From Octopus vulgaris (Eukaryota), in contig OX597815.1 in NCBI GenBank assembly GCA_951406725.2, forward strand, positions 160,518,001 to 160,582,000: a stretch of 64,000 nucleotides of DNA, written 5' to 3'. The position numbers and the translations under genes are program-made. The notes beneath the pieces were generated by a model. That model ran no database searches, was not told the DNA's origin, and saw only the letters and a list, made by a program, of their open reading frames with translations. The number at the start of each line of letters is the position of its first letter. Within the stretch, counting starts at the first letter, position 1. Positions 54,440-64,000 of the stretch are shown here, one piece after another.

Positions 54440-56979
54440 CAATATCATCAATTCACTATTATTGTTGTGAGACCTAGAATAAAAACCTCACATTTTCAGT
54501 TACCAGTTAAAACCACAATCAGGTCAAGTGACATGCCCTGATTACTGACCAAACAGCTTGCAGAAATATCATACCATGCTGTAGAATTTTCTCTATGTAG
54601 TAGAACTTTCTTTGAGTTTTTAGAGGCTCCCCACACTTGTCACAGTCTTAAGGTGAACACCCACCAAGATCAAGCCAGAATGTGGCCCAGCATAGCAGAA
54701 GCAACAGATTTTTACGATGTCAACTTTTCCTTTGCTGAATTTCAGTCCACTGCAAAAAGGATTTCTATAACGTTGGACAAATTTTTTTATCAACTCTCAA
54801 GTAACACTTTTCTGTTTACAATTTAAATGCAGCTAAATTCAGTTCTGACTTTCTACAATATACCACTGGTAACTATCAGAAAAACTTTTGTATATAATGT
54901 AAATGTTGTTATTACCTAAATAACAAATAAATTTATTTCATCAATGTGCTCCCTAGGTATGTTATTAGGACAACATACAGTCAGCTAACACAAACACAAT
55001 GCCTTACAACAGACTCTAAATTACTACTACTACTACTACTGCTGCTGCTGCTTACGCCGCCGCCGCCACCACCAGCACCGCCACTAACTGACTAATTCTT
55101 CCCCATTAAATACATTAATTCATAAATCGTATTTTTCAGAAATGCACGTAAACATCAAAATAGAAACACTTGTTCAGAAATATGCTGATGAGGAAAGACA
55201 AATGAACACATACCATAATTGTTACCCTGTCGTCCTTCCATATCTACTCCAGACTGTCTCTCTTACACATAGACACATAGATAAATATCACCGTGATCAC
55301 CGTGACCGACCAGGCTATCAGATGTTGCTACACATCACTGGTCACAATGTGCTTCACATTGTTTTAGCCTTCAAATGATGCAACCCCACTGACTAAGTGA
55401 GCAGGCCAACAGAAGAAAGGGTGAAAGTTGTGGCAAAAGAGTACAGCAGGGATCGCCACCACCCCGTGCCGGAGCCTCATGGAGCTTTAGGTGTTTTCGC
55501 TTAATAAACACTCCCAATCGAAACTGCGAACCTACAACCACTGGGCCATTGCGCCTCCATACATAGATAAATATATACACCCATATATATATAGACATAT
55601 GTTTACTCCTGCAATCAGTTGCTATAATCACAATTTTGCTCCGTATTTGATTGTCCTGTGATCTTGTCGTTCAGTTAGCAAAGATCTTAATTTTGGCTCC
55701 AGTAAGAATGTCCACTGTGATGTAACATTGACAACCTGATGTAATAGAAAACATTTTCAGAAAGAGAGCATCTGACTGTTGTTTATTGGCTATTTTCAGT
55801 CAACAAAAGCATCTTCTTTTTGGGACGCTCGGTGTCTGACAAATATTTGGTTTGGAGGTTATTTCACTAAATAATAACTTTAAATTTTGGCCCAAGCCCA
55901 GAAATTTTAGAGGTGGGGGCTAAGTCAGTTGTATCGACCCCAAAGTTCAAAAAGACGAAAGGCAAAGTCAACCTTGGAATTTGAACTCTGAATGTAAAGA
56001 TGAACAAAATACCGCTAGGCATTTTGTCTGGTGTGCTCAAAATTCAGCCAGTTTGCTGCCCATTTCACTAAATAATAACAGCTGTTTTGCTGAAATTGAC
56101 CAAAGCTGGAAATGAAATCAACAGGAGTGTACAACATTTTAAACTCTCAAACTATTACAGGCATTCTCTAACTCAAGTGCATGTTAATACATGTTAATTT
56201 CTTCCAGCAGTGGCATAAGAGCAAGCATGGCTGTGTGGCAAGATGTTTGCCTCCCAACCATTTGTCTTTGGGTTCAGCTCCACTGCATGGTACCTTGGAT
56301 AAGGTATTCTATTACGGCCTTAAGCCAACCAAAGCCTTATGTGTGGAGTTGGTTGAGAGAAATTGAAAGAAGTTTGTCATGTGTGTGTATGTGTGTGTTT
56401 GTTTCCCACCACCATCTAACAACCACTGTTGGTGTGTTTATGTCCCTGTAACTTAGCAGTTCAGCAAAAAGAGAACAACAGAATAACTATCAGGCTTTAA
56501 AAAAATGTACTGAGGTTGACTCATTTGTCTAAAATTCTTTGAGATGGTTGCATGGCTGCAGTCTTATGACTGAAACAAGTAAAAGACAACTATGTGTACT
56601 ACCCAGGACAGCCCTTGAGTTTGTCACTGCTAATCTGCCCCTAATGCAGGCTTATGCAACAGGCCCTAGAGTGCAACCCACATTGCTCAAAATGTCCTCT
56701 AGTAGTACTTAACATTCTGAGTTCAAATTCTAGCAATGTCTAATTTGCCTTTCATCCTCTTGATGGGATTTGATAAAATAAAGCATTTGTTAAGTATTGA
56801 GTGGATTTTAACAAGTCATCGCCTCCCCAAAATTTGGGACCTTGTCATTATGTAAGAAATCAATATTCCTACAGACAGACAAAGGTGGTGAATTTGAAGA
56901 GTTGTTAGCATACCAGACAAAATTGTTACTGGCATTTCATCTGTCCTTATGTTCTGAGTTCAAATTCTGTCGGGGTTAA

Positions 56980-57204
56980 CCCTTTCATTACAGTATTTAT
57001 TTTGAGATGCTCTGTGTTTCTTTCATTTATTTAAAATATAACAAAGAATTTAGTAAAATATTTTAGTTATCATTAAGCTAGTGTTAGGAACATAAATTAT
57101 GAGTAAGGTTTGGTGGAAGATTTTAATTCAAAACTTATGAAAACAAAGACATTTGTACATATACAGAGCCAGAGGCGGTTTCAGCCAGGTTGGTAACAAA
57201 AGGG
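56980..57204 (-). mobile_element. piggyBac-like MITE; other copies at 14456-14654 and 51699-51919 (+)
   Basis: TTAA-CCCTTT...AAAGGG-TTAA ends and homologous interiors. This copy splits a SINE at a TTAA site. Confidence 0.82.
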
Positions 57205-57924
57205 TTAACTTTGCTTTTCATCCTTTGAGGGTTGATAAATAAGTGCCAGTTGAGCACTGGGATTGATGTAATCAACTTAACCCATCTCCTGAAATTTCTG
57301 GTCTTGTGCCAAAATTTGAACCTAACATTCCTATAGACAAATTTTGCCTTGCTAAGCTTTACACAACGTGATACTTGAATTAATGGTATTTCTGTTACTC
57401 TCTTAGCGTTTCATTTTCTACAATTTAGGAACTGTTGCTAAATTATCTTCCAAGAGGTTTTTATTTTCGCAATTCAAATATAAATTCTAATGTTGTATCA
57501 AAACGGGGAAAAAAAAAAACAGAAAAAGAGAATTTTGGATGTGATCGTTTTGATTTACAACAAAAACACATTTGTGTATAACATTATGGGCTTTATGTTG
57601 GCAGACAAATTATACTGAGAAATTTACATTATTTTATCAGTAAGCTTAATTGAGTATTTTTTTTTTGTTTTAATATTTGTTGGTTAATACTGATATAAAA
57701 ATAAATTATATATAACCAACTTCCTTTGTTATATTTGTGAACAGCCATTTTTAAATTTCCTAAATATACACGAAAAACAAAGGCACTTAGAATACTGCCC
57801 TTAGGGAAAATTTTCCAATTGAACATTCTGATGTTGAAAGAACATTTAGTATTAGAATTTACGATGATGTGACTGAATGAAATTTGAAATTTAAATAGTT
57901 ACCGAAATAGCTCTTGAGATATAC

Positions 57925-57988
<64 letters not shown>

Positions 57989-58461
57989 GTGTGTGTACAT
58001 GTGTCTCTTTATATATTTTATATATATGTATCATGTGTGTGTGTATATATATGTAGAATAGCTTCCATAGAAATTATGTGAAATTAAATCATTATTTTTC
58101 ATTCTAAGTATTAGTGCAAATGCATCTCTAACATGTCAATAAATTTTAAAACAGTGCAAGAAGTAATAACAATAGATTGCTATTGCTAATATGCTTCATA
58201 TTGTGAGGAAATTTCAGCTTTTTAAAGCAATCTATCATTTCTGAAATATCTGTTCCCATGTCTTTTAATATAAACATATTGTTTTATTCAACATTAAGAA
58301 TAAAGTGTTTCTTATGCATTCTAAGTTTCTTCTCTCTCTCTCTCTCACACACACACATATATACACATTTTTTAGATATGTACTTAAAATGAGAGACAAA
58401 AGTATAGGCTTAAACTTGGTATTTATTTATCATCTTTTTTATCTTCATTATCTTTTATTGA

Positions 58462-58560
58462 TTCTCGGTAGTATAGTATCACTGCCTGTCACATGGGAGA
58501 CTGGAGGTAGTATCATTGCTTGTCACATGGGAGACTGAAGCTTGATTCCCTGCCAGGGAG
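58462..58560 (+). pseudogene. tRNA-Asp(GTC) pseudogene with duplicated anticodon arm
   Basis: ttctcggtagtata...gcctGTCacatgggagactg occurs twice, followed by ttgattccctgccagggag. It resembles metazoan tRNA-Asp. Confidence 0.75.
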
Positions 58561-58802
58561 GCATTTATTGTTTTATAGGCACAGGCATGGCTGTGTGGTA
58601 AGAAGCTTGCTTTCCAACCACATGGCTTCAGGCCCAGTCCCACTGCACGGTACCTTGGGTAAATTTCTTCTACTATAGCCTCAAACCGACCAATGCCTTG
58701 TGAGTAGATTTGGTAGAGAAAAATTGAAAGAAGCCCATCATATATATATATATATGTATATGAAAGAATGGAGTTGAACGACTAGTTAACAAATATCCTT
58801 TA

Positions 58803-58885
58803 TTCTCGACATATGTTTCGAAGGCTGCATATTCCTAATTCCGAAGGAATAAGGAGTACATTATGCAGATTTCTCATCAGGAAAA
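58803..58885 (-). ncRNA. Type I hammerhead ribozyme (intact core)
   Basis: Minus strand reads UUUUC-CUGAUGA-GAA.UCUGCAUA...UAUGCAG..UUC-GAAA-CAUAU-GUC-GAGAA. Stem I is UUUUC/GAGAA, stem II is long, stem III is the palindrome ACAUAUGU, and the cleavage triplet is GUC. AAUAAA follows. Confidence 0.88.
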
Positions 58886-59430
58886 TCAAGGAACTTATGT
58901 CGACATCAAAATGCACAAAAGACTTTTAGCTGACCGCTCTCAAGGAGCCCATGGCGATAATGAGTGTCTCTTTATAATGAGTGACGTCAGAGTGGCTGAA
59001 TGTAGAAGAATCTAGAAGTTTCTAAAGGTTCAAGAGTTCAAACGAAGTAGGAGGAGGGAGGCATAAGAATAGTAAGGTGAGAGAGTGCAGGTCAAAAGAA
59101 TGGTGGGTTTAAATTATTTCTTTTGTGAATGAGTGCCTGTGTGTGTGACTGTATATAACTGTCTTAATGTGTGTATGTGTGTGTCTGAATGTGTGATTGT
59201 GTTTGTGGATGGGAAGATGTCAGAAAATTACAGCTGGGAGGTGAAAGATCTGTGTCTGTGTGTTCAATTATGTTTACTGTAGAGAAAGGAAGGGAAAAAG
59301 AATCGGGCGAGGTGAGAGGCAACACAAGAATGGATAGTAGTAATTGGGAATATAAGAAAATCTTTTTGACTATTGGGGTGAAATATAGGAAAAAGTTTTT
59401 GGGAAACCGAGGGGTTATCTATATTAGTCA

Positions 59431-60393
59431 CTATTTATATGAGTGAAAGGTGTGTCTTTTCCAGTGTAAACACCTGTAGGATCTTTCGACGATTGTGTTT
59501 ATTAAAGGGCCTTTGGCGAACAAAATATGAAAAAGTTTGGAATTACAGATGCCACAAAATTTTCTGCCTTTATCAAACGGGAAGGACACCGACAAAATGG
59601 ACCATTCGAGCTTGAACGTAGTGTTATTGTTCTTCAGACGCCAGACTAATTTGCTTAGCCCCGTGCTGTGTTGCTTTCTCTTATCTCTGAAAGTGGAATA
59701 ATGGTTGGAGATCCTTTGGGCTAATTTAGAAGAGGTTGTGCCAATATAGAAGTAGACATCAGTTCCAGAAGAGATTTTGCATTGGTAAGTGGTGTTTCTA
59801 ATTTTGGAATTTTTGGATAAGAACTTTAATCTGTTGGGGTTGGTTTCCGATACTAAGACAGAGTTTTTATTGTTGTGATAGGTGTAAAAATTGTTGCTGG
59901 CTTTGGCCACGATACTATTCATCTTATTATCATTACTATTAGTCGTAATATCGTCGGCAAATTCCCTGGCTATAGGAATGCTGCGATTGTTATCAATAAT
60001 ATAACTGTTATTAAGAATGCTGGTACTATTACCACTAACACCACCACTGTTAATAATCTGGCTAATGTTATTATCATTATTACTATTGCTAACACTAATG
60101 CTGCTATGAATGTTGCTAATATCCATACTACTTCTATTATTATTATTAATGTATGTTACGTTGGAATGGGTAAGGGCGGTGTCGCTACTCATGGGTGGAG
60201 AGACCCTATTTAGCAACTTATTATTGTGGGAAGCTATTATCTGCGAAAGATTTTTAGCTTTTGAGAATGCTATTCTAACTTTATGCGAATTTATAGTGGA
60301 GTAGTATCTAGAATTCCTAGGAAAATTCTTAGTAACGGCTTCACGGAATTGTAAAGGGAGATTAGACCTGATTTGTCTCCCAAAAGGAATCAC
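59431..60393 (-). pseudogene. Penelope-like GIY-YIG endonuclease ORF remnant with Asn/Ser-rich linker
   Basis: 320-aa ORF with YIG motif, conserved Arg (QRISNH) and CxxC. The expected catalytic Glu after CxxC reads Lys (CGICNSK). The upstream part is frameshifted near 60410. Confidence 0.8.
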
Positions 60394-62183
60394 AAACCAG
60401 ATATAGTTTTTTTTGTTCTTGGAATGGCTGAGAGTGTTGACATTTACATTAAAGGGTATATTTCTGTGTTGTAGAATGGGTTTAGGTTTACGCTGGCCTC
60501 CCCTGGTCCGTAAGTTATTATTGTAAAATATATTTGTGTCACCGTTGCTAGAGCTGAAATCACTATTTATGTTATTTATATTATTATTAGAAGTTATCTT
60601 ATCTTGATGGGTAGATCTTAGTTTAGGATGGGCCGGATCGATATATGATACCTTATCCCTATAACCTTGACAACCAATATTGGTGTACTTACATTACCAT
60701 AACTTAGTGGTGTGGTTCAGCAACAGAGACCTATAGAATAAGCACTAGGCTTAAAAAGATAAGACTTGGAGTTGGTCTGTTTGACAAAAAAACCCTTCAA
60801 GGTGGTGACCCAGCATAGTCACAGTCAAATTACTAAAACATGCAATCCATAAATGCACCTCATATGCACAGCATGCATTATTAAAACTGAACACTTCCCC
60901 AGGCAAGCATGAAATTATAGGTCCTCCTCAGACCACACAGAATCCTGAGAGAGCACACAACCATGGGAGTTTAGTGTAATCACCAATAAGAGCTGACACC
61001 TGAATGGTAAAATTGCTAACATGTTGAACCATTAATACATACATATTTTTGTCACTTTCTCTTTCTTTTCATTATCTCTCCATTTTTCCCTCTCGACCCT
61101 TTCTGTTGAAGAGCATAGGCTCAAAATATCAAAGACTTTTCCATTCTTCCCAAGTGTCAAACTGATACACCAGCTTGTTGTTCCTTCATCTGTCTTTGTC
61201 TTTGTATTCTGTAAATTTGAACTATATGCATGCATGCATGTATGTATGTATGTATGTATGTATGTATGTATGTATGTATGTATGTATGTTAGGTTATGTT
61301 ATGCATCTATGTATGTATGTATGTATGTATGTATGTATGTATGTATGTATGTATGTGTGTATGTATTTATGTGGGGTCGTCGGTGACTAAACTGGCAACC
61401 CCACCAAGCTTCCTTGGTGAGGAGGGTGTTTATTGGACATCCTGCAGGATGAAAAACAAAAACTTGTTAAAGGGCAGAGGAACTCTTGAGAGTCAACGGC
61501 CATCCAATAAATGTCTTAAGGCTGTATCATGCGCAGGGACATAGAAATAATCAGACTGAATACCCGATCGCGTGATTAAACCATTGGAAGGGAATGACTC
61601 CTAGCCTTTGTTCGGGCATCCTTCTAGGAGAAGGTAACTCAGGCAACTGCAATAACTCCGACATAAAACCTGTGGCTCAGTGGTTACCGATGATGCTGAC
61701 TTGTTCTTCTTTTCGGATTATGGCTGCTGTTGTTTAGTGAGTGGGATTGACTCTGTGCACAGCCTTTCCTCACTTTAAAAACAATCTTCTTGCACAGGCA
61801 TTGCACAATAACAACATTGGTTAAGCTTTATGCAATGGCTATACTCGATAAAAAGGGGGCAGCCACCATGTATTTATGTATGTATGTATGTGTGTGTGTG
61901 TATGCATGTATGTATGTATGCATGCATGTAGGTATTAATTCAAATTACGAGGAAAATAAACAAAGTTTGCTTTAGAGATGTCTAGGAAGTTAAATGTGTA
62001 TGTATGCATGTATGTTTGTATGTATGTATGTATGTATGTATAAACATGCATACATATGCATGCAAATATGAAAATATTCATTCAAGCAAAATTACTCTGA
62101 CAATTCAGAATGTGTAGCTTCAAAGTCACTGGCAATAGAATTATAGAAAACATTTTAGTTTTCATTTTAGCTTACATACACAT

Positions 62184-62253
<70 letters not shown>

Positions 62254-62256
62254 TAT

Positions 62257-62503
62257 GCGCCCTTTTAAAGCCTAGCCAGGCTCATGGGCCCGGTTTCCCA
62301 CTTTTCATGGTGTTTGTGTTCCCCAGCTGGATGGGACGCCAATCCATCGCAGCGTTACTCATTTTCGCCAGCTGAGTGGACTGGAGCAATGTGAAATGAA
62401 GTGTTTTGCTCAAGAACACAACGCGTCACCTGGTCCAGGAATCGAAACCACAATCTTACGATCATGATGCTGACACCCTAGCCACTAAGCCACATGTCTC
62501 CAC
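62257..62503 (-). mobile_element. tRNA-derived SINE family D (also 27450-27696-, 1562-1810+; variants 29060-29348-, 40240-40515-, 55270-55558-)
   Basis: tRNA-like head, the same core, and tail gggcccatgagcctggctaggctttaaaagggcgca. Confidence 0.82.
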
Positions 62504-62957
62504 ACACACACACACACAAACATACATACACACATGCACATACACACACACACACATGCACACATATTATCATCAGTTTAATGCCCCCGTTTCCATGCTT
62601 GCACCAGTCGGACAGTTTGTTGAGGCAGATTTTCTATGGACATATACTCTTCCTGTCACCAATCTTCATCTGTCTCCAAGTGTGGTAATACATACATACA
62701 TATACATGTGTGTGTGTGTGTGTGTGTGTGATCATACTCATGTAATATTCACTTTCCCATGCATGCATGAGTCAGATAAAACTTGTGAAGGCAAATTTTC
62801 TATGACCAGATGCTACTCCTGTCACAACTCAACATCTGTTTCGAGGAGCGGTAATACTATCCCATAGCCATACATATTTGCACAGGAGATTGGAAATGAA
62901 AGACACTGCTTGTATGACAGTGACATTTATCTATAACTGTTGCATGATGTCAAGATA

Positions 62958-63340
62958 TAATAATATAAATAATAATAATGAAATTATTATATACAGTGCT
63001 CAGGTGCACCACAACTTGTCAGAAAGTGCGTATAAAGTATATGCAGTAATGTACAAATGTCTGGAAACCGAACAATGTATGAGTCAGATACATGCTTGTG
63101 TGTGTATGGAGGGAAGAAAATCAGGTGTAGTGTTGGCGAATCTCAGAAAGCATGGAAGTTTTGAAGGATGTAGTGCTCTGACAACTAACAATGATGCTGG
63201 CAGTTTGTTCCATACTTCAGCAACTCTTAGCATGAAGAAATGCTTCCGAAAGTCATGGGAGCTGTGCTGTTTTCTGACTTTGTAAATATGTCCACGGGTG
63301 TTAGACGGGTGGAGTTTGAAAAGGATGAAGATGCATTGCA
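62958..63340 (-). mobile_element. CR1-clade LINE 3' end
   Basis: SNTRGHIYKVRKQHSSHDFRKHFFMLRVAEVWNKLP is a CR1-type C-terminus, followed by an (ATT)n-like tail. Confidence 0.8.
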
Positions 63341-64000
63341 AACACACACACGCACATACACACACATACGAATATGCATAAAAAAACATATATGTATAGC
63401 TATGTTGGTATATGTATGCATATATACATACATATACATATGTGATAGGCTTCTTTCAGTTTCCCTTTACCACATCTACTTACAAGGATTTGATTGGCAT
63501 GGGTACATTGTAAAGGACACATGACCATATTGCCATACATTAGGATGGAACCCAAACTTACAGCTTTTTGACTTCAGTTATTTCACTCTTCGAGAGAGTG
63601 AGATTATATGAAAGCAACAATAAACACTAATCAATGAACAGTAATCCTGCAAAATTAATGCCAGATATTCTTAAACAACCACAATAAATATACGTACATT
63701 CTTTTGGAAGCAGACAAGAATAAAATATATGAACCAAATAGACATGCCAAAATTCATGCAACATGAAGACATTTATCTCCATGTATTTTTTTTCTTTGTC
63801 TGAGTATTCATAAACACTGCTACATGTGGAGCATGTGATTTAGTTTGGATTCATGTGTTTTATGAAAATAAAGATATGTTATTTTTATGTAGTAAAGCAT
63901 TAAGTTTTCAAACTTGTTTTTATACCATTCAGAAATATATTTACATACTGACTTGTGATACATTAGAAGTTAAATGTTAAAACCATGGGATAAAAATCAC

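Larger units (their letters stand above)
58761..60665 (-). mobile_element. 5'-truncated Penelope-like element (RT thumb end, linker, GIY-YIG endonuclease, 3' pLTR with hammerhead and AATAAA)
   Basis: Minus-strand translation reads GYRDKVSY...(frameshift)...IWFVIPFG...SHNNKLL...TTYQCK...YFYIG...QRISNH...LSKLVWRLK...CGIC...INTIVERSYRCLH, which is the typical PLE C-terminus. A hammerhead and poly(A) signal lie at the 3' end. The element interrupts a SINE whose halves are at 58577-58760 and 60665-60840. Confidence 0.85.

Overview
AT-rich, microsatellite-dense eukaryotic non-coding DNA. The repeat content (tRNA-derived SINEs, RTE/CR1 LINE ends, very abundant (TA)n/(TATG)n/(TAGA)n/(CAT)n) suggests an octopus/cephalopod intron or intergenic region; this is an inference. 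I found no intact host gene, and most listed ORFs are microsatellite or SINE artefacts. Supported elements are: a 5'-truncated RTE LINE with a PHD finger, a decayed second RTE, a CR1 3' end, two mariner relics, and mariner, piggyBac and hAT MITEs. There are also three non-autonomous Helitrons, a fragmented ZMYM1/Tip100-like hAT transposase fossil, tRNA-Asn and tRNA-Asp pseudogenes, and a Penelope-like (GIY-YIG) element. The most interesting signal is a set of hammerhead ribozyme (HHR) motifs. One is an intact type I HHR at the 3' end of the Penelope-like element (58803-58885, minus strand). Another lies in a non-coding ~535-bp unit with terminal redundancy that looks retrozyme-like (46338-46990). 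Several minimal or degenerate HHR repeats also occur, and the dominant SINE family has an HHR-like tail. All coordinates were read by eye; boundaries are approximate.
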